Shown here piece by piece: positions 50,802 through 60,496 of a DNA stretch of 64,000 bases. A model generated the notes under the pieces. That model did not search any database. It saw only the letters and a program-made list of their open reading frames with translations, and was not told where the DNA came from. The translations under genes and the position numbers were made by a program. Within the stretch, counting starts at the first letter, position 1. The number at the start of each line of letters is the position of its first letter. The DNA comes from Candidatus Latescibacterota bacterium (GTDB taxonomy: Bacteria; Latescibacterota; UBA2968; GCA-2709665). The stretch lies in contig OZ242180.1 of assembly GCA_965205485.1 (NCBI GenBank), positions 1,344,001 through 1,408,000 on the forward strand. The letters are read 5' to 3'.

Positions 50802-52673
50802 TCAACGCATCGGCCCTCGGCCGTGAATGAGAATGTCAACCGGGTGGGACAGCAGGACCAGGTCCTGGATGTCAAACTGCTCGAGCAGGCCGAAACAGAA
50901 CGAAACCGGTTCCTGCGTGTAGTCCACGCTCCAGTCGATAAGCCGGCGGAGCGTGTCGGGAAGGTTGGCGCGCAATGCGTCGACGCCCCGGGGCCGCAGG
51001 GCTGCCGCGCACAGGGCAATGAGGCCGGTGGAAAGGCCCTCAGTATTTATGTCGATGGAATTCGTGCCGGATGTCGACTCGATCCAGCGCCGCAGTGCCA
51101 GCAACTGCGCCGTACAGATACCCAGCGGACGGTCGCCGGCGGCGGCGATGCATTCCATAAACAGGTAGTGATACTCCCCGTCCGCGATAACCTGTTCGCC
51201 AAACGCAAGCAGGTCGGCTGCGAAAACGCGTTTGCCCGCCTCGAGCGCGTTCTTTACAGCCCTCGCAGCGCCGGCCCGGCCGTTTTCCGGGAGGACAAGC
51301 AGGACGTCGCTCGATCCCTGCGGATCGAATTCTGTGACGGGAACATTCCAGCGGTCCATTTTCAGAAGATGGTGCGAGATGCTTACGTCGGACAGCGTCC
51401 GTGACTTGAGGGCGGTTCGCGACTCCACCGCGTAAGCGGACGGCAGGCGGAGAACCCTCGAAAGGCGCCTTCGGTCCTGCTGCCTTGAATCGGCGGTCGA
51501 TCGTTTCTCCGGCAGGCGCCGGGCGAGATTTCCGGCGATCGAGAGGAACGTGGGATTGCCCGGCGGCAGCCCCACGTTGAGTTCCCACTCGGTGCGAATT
51601 TCGTCGTCGCACGGAATATCCTCGGTGCGGATGTCCAGCTCCCAGGATTTCTTCAGGAGTTCATATAAGCGCTCGCGGATGTCTTTCTCGTAGTTGTGGG
51701 TGCCCGGGTCTTCATTGGCGTAAAAACCGATGCGATCGGACGCGCCGAATCTCTCATAGACCTTTCGGGCGGGCGTATACAGGGCCGGCCGCATGAATTC
51801 CGGGCGAAATATGCTGTCATTGACGCTGTGTACAAGCAGCGCCGGACGGGGCGCAAACATGGCGGTGAGGGTGTCGTAATCCGCCACGGTGCAGAGATCG
51901 ACGGGCGTCTGTTCCAGGTCGCCGTGGTCCTGCCATCGCCTGGTCGCGCGATGCCAGATCGGAGAGTGTCCCGAAACCGGCACGGACACGCCGATGCGTT
52001 CATCGATTGCCGTGAGTACGGCCGTCTGCCATCCCCCGCCCGAGAGACCGGTCATGGCCACCCTGTCGGGGTCTGCGTGCTCGTGAGCGAGCAGAACGTC
52101 CAGACCGCGTTTCATCGCCAGGTACATGGCGCTGACACCCGCGACGCCGCACAGGTCGATGTGCGCCTGCTGCATGTGGTTGAGCGAGCCCTGCAGTTCT
52201 CCCATGCCGATGAATTCGAAGTTCAGGGCGAGCATGCCGCGTTTGGCCAGGTTGATACACCGTACCTGCTTGTAGTCCATGGCCTTACCGCCCCGATGAT
52301 GGCCGTTGGGGTTGAGCACGGCCGGTACCCTGCCTCGCAGATTCTCGGGCTCGTACAGCAGCGCGGGGATCCGCATGCCCGGATACCCTTCGTAATGGAG
52401 TTTCCGGATGCGGTAGCCGTTACCCTTGAGAACGCCCCGCCAGCGGACGTCCGGCGGACGATCGTTGACGTCCGAGTCGAGTCCGGTCAGGAAGACTTTC
52501 TTCAGGAGGTCCCTGCGAATCCTGGCGGTTCGGCTTTTCCACTCCGCGGGGGTCGCGGGCGGTTCCAGACGCGGCAGCTTTTCCACATAATAATCCATCA
52601 TAATGCGGGTATGCCGGTTGCGCAGGAGCTTTCGCGAGAGCGCGTGCGCGATCTGTTTGGACGTGAGAGGCAT
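50802..52673 (-). CDS. Acetylxylan-esterase-like alpha/beta hydrolase
   Basis: PAVLNPNGH, MTGLSGGG nucleophile elbow, APRPAL, HNY. Confidence 0.75.
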   Translation of the reverse strand: MPLTSKQIAHALSRKLLRNRHTRIMMDYYVEKLPRLEPPATPAEWKSRTARIRRDLLKKVFLTGLDSDVNDRPPDVRWRGVLKGNGYRIRKLHYEGYPGMRIPALLYEPENLRGRVPAVLNPNGHHRGGKAMDYKQVRCINLAKRGMLALNFEFIGMGELQGSLNHMQQAHIDLCGVAGVSAMYLAMKRGLDVLLAHEHADPDRVAMTGLSGGGWQTAVLTAIDERIGVSVPVSGHSPIWHRATRRWQDHGDLEQTPVDLCTVADYDTLTAMFAPRPALLVHSVNDSIFRPEFMRPALYTPARKVYERFGASDRIGFYANEDPGTHNYEKDIRERLYELLKKSWELDIRTEDIPCDDEIRTEWELNVGLPPGNPTFLSIAGNLARRLPEKRSTADSRQQDRRRLSRVLRLPSAYAVESRTALKSRTLSDVSISHHLLKMDRWNVPVTEFDPQGSSDVLLVLPENGRAGAARAVKNALEAGKRVFAADLLAFGEQVIADGEYHYLFMECIAAAGDRPLGICTAQLLALRRWIESTSGTNSIDINTEGLSTGLIALCAAALRPRGVDALRANLPDTLRRLIDWSVDYTQEPVSFCFGLLEQFDIQDLVLLSHPVDILIHGRGPMR

Positions 52674-52715
52674 GCGGGCGGCTCCCGAAAGACAGCGCAC
52701 AAGAGCGCGAGCCGA

Positions 52716-53771
52716 TCAGTTCAGCAAATAGGTCTCGTACGGGTTCTGACAGGGGTTGTTCTTGCTCACGTGCATGCGGCCTGCATCGGTTTCGATGATC
52801 ACGGAGAACGTGGTCGCCCAGTACCCCGTCGTGGGATGATCGTTGGGATGGCGACAGATGGAGGTGGGATGGTCTTCGTGATCACTCAGGGCGGCTTTCA
52901 GGCTTTCGATTGCAAACGGGCGTTCCATTTCATTGAAGAGTTTCTGGATCCGGATTTTTCGGCCGCCCGACTGGATGAGTTCGGGAAAGACATCGTTGTT
53001 GTGAGCCAGTTCCGGATGCTCGCAGTGGTTTGTATGGGTCACCAGGCCAACGCCGTCGTCCCGGATCACGTGTACGTTTTCCAGGGTCACTTCCAGGTCC
53101 GCGGGCCCTTGCGGTGTGGCGAGAATGATGTTGGCGGGGATGGCGCGCCTCGCCCTTCGCACCGCCTGCACGGCGTCTTCCATAGTGGCCGTCTCGTAAA
53201 TGCCGCGGACCGTGAAGTAGTGCGGCACACCGACGGGGCGGGAGGGCGCGGGCAGCGTATTCAGGCAAAGCCCGATACCCTCGCTGTTCAGGCCGATGTA
53301 GGCGATGATGCCGGCCTGGGTAATGTTCAGGATGGCGGGCTTTCCTTCCGGACGGCGGGTGAGGACGATGGTATAGGGGTTGAGCCCGGGGTCGTTGTCC
53401 CAGTTCTGGCCCACAATATTGCCGTGTCCGGCGGGGGCGGTAAGTGAAAACGAAGTGCAGCCGGAATCCGCTTCCGCCTGAAGCTGATTTCGTACCTGGA
53501 GCATCATGAGATCGTCCATGGAGACGCCGGAGGACTCGGACGTGCCGCGCATCTCGTCGAGCATGTGGGGTGCGTACCGCTCCACGTACGGGATGCAGTC
53601 CCGGGCGACGCCCATCGCCCTTTCCACCGGGACGCTGACGCTCTTGTTCACGCGTTCAAGCGCGATATCCGCAAAGCCCCGCACTTCCTCGCGGGCGGCC
53701 TCGCCGATCTGCCGCCCCATCTCCAGCGCCGAGCCGGCGACTTCGATCTCACGGTATCGTGTGTCTGACAT
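52716..53771 (-). CDS. Peptidase C45 (acyl-CoA:6-APA acyltransferase-like Ntn hydrolase)
   Basis: G/CTS autocleavage site, GQNWD, G.NS.G, HTNH; GGAGG RBS. Confidence 0.88.
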   Translation of the reverse strand: MSDTRYREIEVAGSALEMGRQIGEAAREEVRGFADIALERVNKSVSVPVERAMGVARDCIPYVERYAPHMLDEMRGTSESSGVSMDDLMMLQVRNQLQAEADSGCTSFSLTAPAGHGNIVGQNWDNDPGLNPYTIVLTRRPEGKPAILNITQAGIIAYIGLNSEGIGLCLNTLPAPSRPVGVPHYFTVRGIYETATMEDAVQAVRRARRAIPANIILATPQGPADLEVTLENVHVIRDDGVGLVTHTNHCEHPELAHNNDVFPELIQSGGRKIRIQKLFNEMERPFAIESLKAALSDHEDHPTSICRHPNDHPTTGYWATTFSVIIETDAGRMHVSKNNPCQNPYETYLLN

Positions 53772-53827
53772 TCGGACCTCCTGGAAACCCCAAAGGCGGT
53801 TAGGGGCGAGAGGTAACACCGATGGCC

Positions 53828-53931
53828 GGGCGCCCACAAGGGACGCCCCTACAAAACCAAACGTCCACGAATTGAACTTTCCCGGTTCCGCGCCGATGAT
53901 GCATTTGTAGGGGCGTCCCTTGTGGGCACCC
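53828..53931. repeat. Inverted REP doublet (REPIN-like)
   Basis: GTAGGGGCGTCCCTTGTGGGCRCCC on both strands (53828-53852 and 53907-53931). Confidence 0.75.
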
Positions 53932-54043
53932 AGACAATGGCGCTGGCAACCGTGAGTTGATTTCGCCAGACCCAACCGCTAACCTGGTTCGGCTGAAGGC
54001 TGATGGCTCTGTAGGATGGGCTGGGGAGAGAGGTCTGCGGCGT

Positions 54044-55285
54044 CTATACGCGGTTTCGATCCGCCACTTCCCTGACGATCTGTGCGGCGAGTTCACAGTG
54101 TTCGGGTTCATAGCGTTCGCAGAATGACGTCCAGCGTACGAAGGACTCCAGAAAGCGCTGTGCATTGGGGCACGTATCCCCGCTGTACGTGTACTCTCCG
54201 GAAGCCGGCGGCCTGGAATAGGGATACTGCTTCTTCTCCGCTTTTTCGGTGAGAAAGGGCAGCGCCGGAGGCAACAGGTAATACCGTCCCATGCCCGCAC
54301 CCGGGATACCCGCGTCCGCGACCTGTTGCGCGAAGTCATCCGGTGTACATACAAACGCATCGGGATCGACGCTGAACCCGGTCATCCAGCAAGAGTAGAC
54401 GTTCATATAGTCCGGGATGGGAAGCGGCGTGATGCCCGGGATTTCATCCAGTTTTTCGGTGAGCAGGCGGATCATCCGGTCGCGCTGTTCCACGTTTGGA
54501 CGGATGATCTCGAGTTGCGCCAGGGTGACCGCAGCCGTGCACTGGGGCATGCGGTGGGCGAATCCGGGCACGACGTGCTGCCTTCCGAACCCCTCGAGCA
54601 TCTGGCCGCCGCGGCTGTGGCCGATGAAACGCATGCGTTCGGCCAGATTATCGTCGTTGGTCACCACACAGCCGCCAACGTCCGAACCCATGGTTTTCTC
54701 CGAGTCGAAGGAGAATGCGCCCGCATCGGAGAGAGACCCGGCCAGCCTTCCCTTGTATTCCCCGAAGACGGCCTGGCAGACGTCTTCATAGAGAAAGAGA
54801 CCGTGTTTGCCGGCGAGTTCGACAATGGGGTCCATATCGCAAATCGTACCGGTCATGTGCACAACCAGAATCGCACGTGTGCGGTCTGTTATACAGGGTT
54901 CAATCGTGTCCGCGCTGCTGATCATGGTACCGGCGTCCGTGTCCGCGAAAACGGGGATGTAGCTCTCCCTGATGATACCCTGCACGGTGCCGTAGTCCGT
55001 CGCTGAACTGACGATGATCTCATCACCGGGTTCAAAGTCCAGCGCGCAGGCCAGAACGGCCAGCGCGGGCGTGCACCCGGGCGTGGCAATGCAGTGTTCC
55101 ACGCCCATCTCTTCGGCGAACGCGTCTTCAAATCGCCCGATCATGTTGCACGTCAGACCGGAGTCGACCACCTCCTGGAGATAGGTCGTCGCGTTGGGTC
55201 CGATGGTGCGCGGAAAGGGCTGTGGCAGCGTGCCGGCAAGCCCCGCGGCGGCATCCGCGCCGTATCTTGCGCGTTCGACGGTCAT
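54044..55285 (-). CDS. DegT/DnrJ/EryC1/StrS PLP aminotransferase
   Basis: EDVCQA, FSFDSEKTM (PLP Lys), GG.VVT.D. Confidence 0.9.
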   Translation of the reverse strand: MTVERARYGADAAAGLAGTLPQPFPRTIGPNATTYLQEVVDSGLTCNMIGRFEDAFAEEMGVEHCIATPGCTPALAVLACALDFEPGDEIIVSSATDYGTVQGIIRESYIPVFADTDAGTMISSADTIEPCITDRTRAILVVHMTGTICDMDPIVELAGKHGLFLYEDVCQAVFGEYKGRLAGSLSDAGAFSFDSEKTMGSDVGGCVVTNDDNLAERMRFIGHSRGGQMLEGFGRQHVVPGFAHRMPQCTAAVTLAQLEIIRPNVEQRDRMIRLLTEKLDEIPGITPLPIPDYMNVYSCWMTGFSVDPDAFVCTPDDFAQQVADAGIPGAGMGRYYLLPPALPFLTEKAEKKQYPYSRPPASGEYTYSGDTCPNAQRFLESFVRWTSFCERYEPEHCELAAQIVREVADRNRV

Positions 55286-55321
55286 GATTCATCCTTTCCG
55301 GCAGTTCGCGATTCAGGAGGG

Positions 55322-56074
55322 TTATTTCTTCTCCTGCGCGGCGTACATTTCCTTCGAATAGACGTGTGGCTGTATCTCGTGGTTAGTTGCCTCGATCATG
55401 CCCTCGAGGTATTCCACGGTTTTCCCGACCGCGGCTTCAACCAGAATTTTCCCCAATTCTTCGGTCGCCTTCATGGGCTCCTGGTTTTCCTGGTCGTGCA
55501 TTGCATCGTGCCGGATGTTCTCCGGACAGATAACCATGGCCATGGCGGTTTCGTACTCGCCCGCGTGGCCGGGTACCCGGCTCGTGCAGTGTTGCTCGGC
55601 GATCTCACGACTCAGGTTCCAGTAGGAGTGGAACTGCACGTTGGCTTCCGGCGCGGTGAGCTGAAAGAAGAGCTGCCACTGCCGGAGGATGCCCATCATG
55701 GGCGCTTCGTTGCCCCCGTGCCCGTTGAGAATCAGCACGTTATTGACGCCGTGGCGCACCAGGCTCTCCACGGCGTCGAAAAGTACTGCCAGCCAGCTTC
55801 CTGGTTTTGCGGTGACGGTCCCCTTATGGATCATGTGATGTTCGGAGATACCGACCGCCATCGGCACGTTAACCACAACGTTGGGGTAGAGCCTACGGGC
55901 GGCTTCGGTGGCCACATAGGTCGACGCGCGGATGTCGTACTCCATGGCCAGGTGCTCGAGGTGCTGTTCATTGCTGCCGGTTGGGATGATGGCGGTACCG
56001 AACCGACCGGCTTCCAGGGCTTCCCGGAATTCTCTGCGGGTAAATTTGGCCAGCGCGACTTCCTGGTTTGACAT
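55322..56074 (-). CDS. Creatininase family protein
   Basis: PTGSNEQH..H, SEHH, NGHGGN, HAGEYET. Confidence 0.9.
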   Translation of the reverse strand: MSNQEVALAKFTRREFREALEAGRFGTAIIPTGSNEQHLEHLAMEYDIRASTYVATEAARRLYPNVVVNVPMAVGISEHHMIHKGTVTAKPGSWLAVLFDAVESLVRHGVNNVLILNGHGGNEAPMMGILRQWQLFFQLTAPEANVQFHSYWNLSREIAEQHCTSRVPGHAGEYETAMAMVICPENIRHDAMHDQENQEPMKATEELGKILVEAAVGKTVEYLEGMIEATNHEIQPHVYSKEMYAAQEKK

Positions 56075-56143
56075 GCCAATTCTCCTATTGAGACGTGAAG
56101 TTTTGTCCGGGAAACAGATCGTCTGTAATCGACCGCCGGGATT

Positions 56144-56310
56144 TAGTGTCCTGTCCCGAAAATTTCTCACCATTCGACCGGCGATTCATCCCGTCTCCCT
56201 GCGTTCCCCTCGCTCGCCGACCATACGCAGGTCGCCTGTGCTCGGGCGCCTTGCGAGCCGGGCGACTCGGCGGTCGAATTCAGGCAACTTATTTCCGGGA
56301 CAGAACACCA
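56144..56310. mobile_element. MITE family A, copy 2 (inverted)
   Basis: Reverse complement of 11295-11461. Confidence 0.8.
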
Positions 56311-56312
56311 GT

Positions 56313-57608
56313 TCAAATCGCCGTCTTCCGGCGGGCAAAGTGGATGGTGTCGTCCAGCACGATCAGGGCCATATACGTCGTCACATCGGTACGGGATTCA
56401 TCCAGACCTGCAAGAACCCCGCGGAACCAGGTGCGCCGCTTTTCGTTCCAGGGTTCGATGGTGCCGATATCACGGTTGAAGTCGCTGATCTCGGAGCCGG
56501 ATTTGCCATGGTTCTTATTGAGCCACGCAAGGATCTCTTCGTCAGTACGGCCCGCCCTGATGAGATCGGTAAAGTCGCCCATGGAGAACCCGAAAAACTC
56601 CGCGATCTTCTTGTCCAGGCCGGAATCCTCCGCGTATTTGTACTGACCCAGCAGATCGTGGATTGCCGCTCGGCCCTTGTCAATCATCCGGGCCAGGCCG
56701 AACAGACCGCCCACGGAATTGTCATAAGGGCTTCTCGGCGGATGGCGGGTGAGATCTACAACGCCGAAAGACACCTCGTCATCCACGTCGAGCAGGTCGA
56801 ACCACGTGGTGATGTCGGTGCGTTTCGGCGCCGCATTCGCCAGCGCCGCCTTGAAGACCGCGCATTCCTTGATGTTCTCCGGACCTTTTCCGGATATTCG
56901 ATGGTTGAACTGCGATATGTCGCCTGAGTGTGCGCCGGTGTTTTCCCGGACCCAGTCCCCGAGTTCCAGGTCGTTCGGATTCTGGTAGGCAGCTTCCTGA
57001 AAGTCCTCCGCGGAGAATCCCAGAAAGTCCGTGATCGCCTGGTCTATCGGGCAGTTGTAGACATACTCTCCGGACGTTCCGGCCTGTTCCGCGCGGGCCT
57101 TGTCCGCCATTCGCGCCAGACCGAAGACCCCCGCGACGTCCCGGCGGTAGGGTGACCTGGGAGCCCTTTTCGCGAGATCCACGTCTCTGAAGTTGGCCCA
57201 GTCGTCCAGTTCGATGGACTGGAATACGGTGACGATGTCGGTTCGACCGGGCGCGAACTTCTCGATGCGGTCCTTCAGCCGCTGTTTGCCCGCTTCGTCG
57301 TCCGGCTCGCGCTGGAGATGGTACTGATTGAAAGCGTCGATCTCCTCGTCCGTCCGGTCCGAAACCTCCCGTATCCAGCGCGCGAGATCCGAATCGCCAT
57401 AGCGCCCGGCGGCATCGGCAAAGTCGTCGTGCGAGACCTCCAGAAATTCCAGCAGGATCTTGTCCAGGCCCGAATCGTCGCCGTACAAGAATTCACCCAG
57501 CGTCTCCTCATTGTAGGCACGGGCCTTATCGGCCATGCGGGCGAGGTTGACAATACCGGCAACGGAGACATTGGACGGACGGCGCGGCGGTTGGCGACTC
57601 AGGTCCAC
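56313..57608 (-). CDS. Protein with three tandem DUF5069-like domains
   Basis: Three roughly 140-aa repeats starting DL...PR.P....G...LARM.DK.RA. Confidence 0.75.
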   Translation of the reverse strand: MDLSRQPPRRPSNVSVAGIVNLARMADKARAYNEETLGEFLYGDDSGLDKILLEFLEVSHDDFADAAGRYGDSDLARWIREVSDRTDEEIDAFNQYHLQREPDDEAGKQRLKDRIEKFAPGRTDIVTVFQSIELDDWANFRDVDLAKRAPRSPYRRDVAGVFGLARMADKARAEQAGTSGEYVYNCPIDQAITDFLGFSAEDFQEAAYQNPNDLELGDWVRENTGAHSGDISQFNHRISGKGPENIKECAVFKAALANAAPKRTDITTWFDLLDVDDEVSFGVVDLTRHPPRSPYDNSVGGLFGLARMIDKGRAAIHDLLGQYKYAEDSGLDKKIAEFFGFSMGDFTDLIRAGRTDEEILAWLNKNHGKSGSEISDFNRDIGTIEPWNEKRRTWFRGVLAGLDESRTDVTTYMALIVLDDTIHFARRKTAI

Positions 57609-57626
57609 ATGACTTCCTTTCTCAGT

Positions 57627-57857
57627 CTACCATTCATTATAATCTACTCGTTCGCAACCCTTTTCAATCGCTTGAGCCATTTCTTCAAGGTTAGCCTTGT
57701 CGATCGCACCAGCGAACCTCAACAGGTATTTCCCTTGAATTCCTGCCGATTGGACGTGTGACAATGAACGGGCAAACTCCAGCACCCGTTTCTGCTGTGA
57801 CACGTTCAACTTGTGAGTCTCTTCAAGGATGTCTTTTTCTATAGATGTATCTTCCAT
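57627..57857 (-). CDS. Putative VapB-like antitoxin (orphan)
   Basis: QKRVLEFARSL...LLRFAG.I....L.EM..AIE.GCE.VD.NEW pattern of small proteins that usually precede PIN toxins. Confidence 0.55.
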   Translation of the reverse strand: MEDTSIEKDILEETHKLNVSQQKRVLEFARSLSHVQSAGIQGKYLLRFAGAIDKANLEEMAQAIEKGCERVDYNEW

Positions 57858-58031
57858 GTTTTCGCTGCAGTTCCATACGACGGTGACCAGTCAAGTTTGG
57901 AATTCGAACGACATTCGACGTACAACCATTGCCCAAGCCCCTGCTCGGACTGTGTCCGAATTAATACAAGCGACAGCCTTGAAGAACTTTCACCGTCATT
58001 TGCATTTGTCGACCTACTCGCGGACACTTCG

Positions 58032-58286
58032 TCACACGGTATGCGCAATGGCATCTGCTTCGATTTCCGCTCGGTCTACGGCGTAACCTGCCGATTTGAC
58101 ATTTGCGATCGCTGAAAGAATCGTCGCTTCGAGGGAAACACCCTCACGGCAAAAATCAATCGAGAAGACTCCGTCGCACACTCCGGGCGTTCCGTCGTCG
58201 CATCCGGCCTCGAACAATTCGTCCGCGATTTCTTCGGTCAATTCAAATTGACCCTTTAGTATCAAGGCAAATTCGTACTTTGCCAT
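58032..58286 (-). CDS. Hypothetical HicB-like protein
   Basis: YEF.LIL...LFEAGCDD.....F.RE..SL...I.SAI..V; acidic; follows the HicA-like gene. Confidence 0.55.
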   Translation of the reverse strand: MAKYEFALILKGQFELTEEIADELFEAGCDDGTPGVCDGVFSIDFCREGVSLEATILSAIANVKSAGYAVDRAEIEADAIAHTV

Positions 58287-58312
58287 TGCAAAAGTCCTTT
58301 CCAACCTACCAC

Positions 58313-58561
58313 CTACATTAAGTAATGCGGACACCTCGCAACGGACCGTCGGATTACTCTGGCATGGTCTTCAGGACTCCTTGGCGTTGAGTAAACAGCC
58401 CTGACACAGCCGCTCCGATCCCGTAGCGGGCAAAACAGACGGCCCCAGGTGTGGGCGCGTGGCCCCGCTTTTCGGAACGTCCACCCGTGTTCCAGGGCGT
58501 ATGCAATGGCCGCACGAATGTGTCTGTTGGGATGATCTGACAATAGTACGCAAACCCCCAT
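58313..58561 (-). CDS. HicA-like small basic protein
   Basis: HP...I..A..YA...GW......H.WG...C...V.STP; probable TTG start at 58543. Confidence 0.55.
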   Translation of the reverse strand: MGVCVLLSDHPNRHIRAAIAYALEHGWTFRKAGPRAHTWGRLFCPLRDRSGCVRAVYSTPRSPEDHARVIRRSVARCPHYLM

Positions 58562-58629
58562 GCACTGTCAAGGAATCCGGGAAGTCGCAACCGGTCCTTG
58601 ATCAGTGCGCAGGTTGCCCGTGTTCGCAC

Positions 58630-59256
58630 TTACGTATTCATTCTGGTAAGCATATCGCGGTCGTTGAGGAAGGGGACGGAGCCGTCCAGAAAGGCCTGGA
58701 GAAGGTCGTCCGGGGTCAGGTCGGACGTATCGATTTCAAACTTGCGCATGATCCAGCAGGCGCTGTACTCCGCCTGGAATTCATCCAGGATTACCTGGAT
58801 GTCTTCCCTGGGGACGATGTGATATGTATGGCGGTCCTCTTCCATGCGTCTCTCGATCACGTCGACGCCGGATTTGAGATGGACCAAAATGGTGTCCTTC
58901 GGCATTTCCGCTTCCCAGGCTCTCGGCGTTTCGGAGAGGCGGCCCACGGCGGGGTAATAGTACCTGGGGCCGTAGATGTATTCCTCGATGTGAAAACCGC
59001 CCAGCAGAATGTGTTCATATTTGTTGATCAGCCGGACGTGGTAGGCGAGCTGGAACCGCTGGTAACGTTCCTTGATGGCTTCCGGCAGACCCAGCATGAT
59101 CCGCTGATCGCCTTCGGTCTTGAGCATCTGGCAGTCGGGAATGCTGAAGTGATCGTCCAGGTGATGAACGATGCCCCGTTCGCGCCCCCACTGCATCAGG
59201 CCGTCGAAAAGGGTTGTTTTTCCGGTGTACTCGCAACCGATCGCGATGATGCGCAT
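58630..59256 (-). CDS. P-loop nucleoside/nucleotide kinase-like protein
   Basis: GCEYTGKTT Walker A, lid R, IDTSDLT end; AGGAG RBS. Confidence 0.7.
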   Translation of the reverse strand: MRIIAIGCEYTGKTTLFDGLMQWGRERGIVHHLDDHFSIPDCQMLKTEGDQRIMLGLPEAIKERYQRFQLAYHVRLINKYEHILLGGFHIEEYIYGPRYYYPAVGRLSETPRAWEAEMPKDTILVHLKSGVDVIERRMEEDRHTYHIVPREDIQVILDEFQAEYSACWIMRKFEIDTSDLTPDDLLQAFLDGSVPFLNDRDMLTRMNT

Positions 59257-59270
59257 AGCGAAGTCTCCTT

Positions 59271-59460
59271 AGAAGCTGTTTTAAAATTCCCAGCGGTCTT
59301 CGCACGGCTGCAAAAGCGCCGGTCGGCGTTGGTCAAATCCACCCAAGAGTGGCGAGGGGCGCGCAGCCACGATACATTGAATATGGGCGGATTTTCCCGC
59401 CTTGACCGCCACTTTTTCGCTCGCGCTCGGGAACTCACCGGTAATTTTAAAACAACTTCC
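59271..59460. mobile_element. MITE family C, copy 3 (longer central segment)
   Basis: Same TIRs and body as 18702-18865, with about 25 extra bp in the middle. Confidence 0.82.
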
Positions 59461-59638
59461 TAATGAATCAGCCGACGCGCGCCACGGGACACGCTGAGGC
59501 ATGAAGTGTTGTGATGCAAGATCGGGTAGACGGTAGAGGTGAGACGTTAGAAGAAATCATCGCCCGGTATGTTATTCCTTCTTGCCTCCGGCAGGAAAAG
59601 AAACTCCACAGGGCAGGTAATCTCTCCCGTCTTACGTC

Positions 59639-60415
59639 TCACGTCTTCCTCGGGGTCGTTGTGATGGGCGGAGTAACGGCCTGAATGAACGCGTTGACGC
59701 GGTTGGCGTCGGTGACATCGTGTGAAAATTCCGGGGGACGCAGCTCGCCGCCCATGAAGGCGTTCGGGTTGCGAAACGTCATCCGGCTGGGAACGCTGCC
59801 GCCCGCGGCGACGTGGATCTCTCGGGCGCCGGTGCCGGCCACGACTTTAGCGACGTTGCGTTCGGTAATACCGCCGCCGGGCATGATCACGATTCGTCCG
59901 GCGGCCTTCTCGATCAGCTCCGCGATGAGATCGATCCCTTCCAGCGCCGAGATTTCCTGGCCCGAAGTGAGTACCCTGTCCACGCCCAGCGAAATCAGTT
60001 CGTCCAGCGCCCTGAGGGGATCGGCGGTCATATCGAACGCCCGGTGGAACGTCACCGGAAGCGGGCGGATACGTTCGACGAGAGCACCCGTGCGCTCCAC
60101 GTCGATCGATCCGTCCGGATTCAGAAGGCCGATCACAATCCCGTCGGCGCCACCTTCGGCGGCAGTTTCGACGTCCCGCGCCATCGTTTCGAACTCGACG
60201 TCGGAATAGCAGAAGTCGCCTCCCCTCGGCCGGACGATCACGTTGAGCCCGATGTCGATATGCTTGCGGGCAACATGAATGGCGCCCGCGCTGGGCGTGG
60301 TGCCGCCTTCGATCAGGTTGTCGCACAACTCCACCCGGCGGGCCCCGCCTTCCTGGGCGGCGATGGCCCCCTGCGCGGAACCGACGCAGATCTCAAACAG
60401 TACTTGCGTGTTCAA
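59639..60415 (-). CDS. cutC: Copper homeostasis protein CutC
   Basis: ELC..L.EGGTTPS, RPRGGDF.Y, TFHRAFD, RVLTSG, MPGGG; TTG start after GGAGGT. Confidence 0.93.
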   Translation of the reverse strand: MNTQVLFEICVGSAQGAIAAQEGGARRVELCDNLIEGGTTPSAGAIHVARKHIDIGLNVIVRPRGGDFCYSDVEFETMARDVETAAEGGADGIVIGLLNPDGSIDVERTGALVERIRPLPVTFHRAFDMTADPLRALDELISLGVDRVLTSGQEISALEGIDLIAELIEKAAGRIVIMPGGGITERNVAKVVAGTGAREIHVAAGGSVPSRMTFRNPNAFMGGELRPPEFSHDVTDANRVNAFIQAVTPPITTTPRKT

Positions 60416-60496
60416 TTTGCACCTCCGTGCGTGATGTCGGGGATTCCGGGCGGACATCAGAAAGAGCCCCGCGACAGCGCCGGCCGCGATTCGTGT

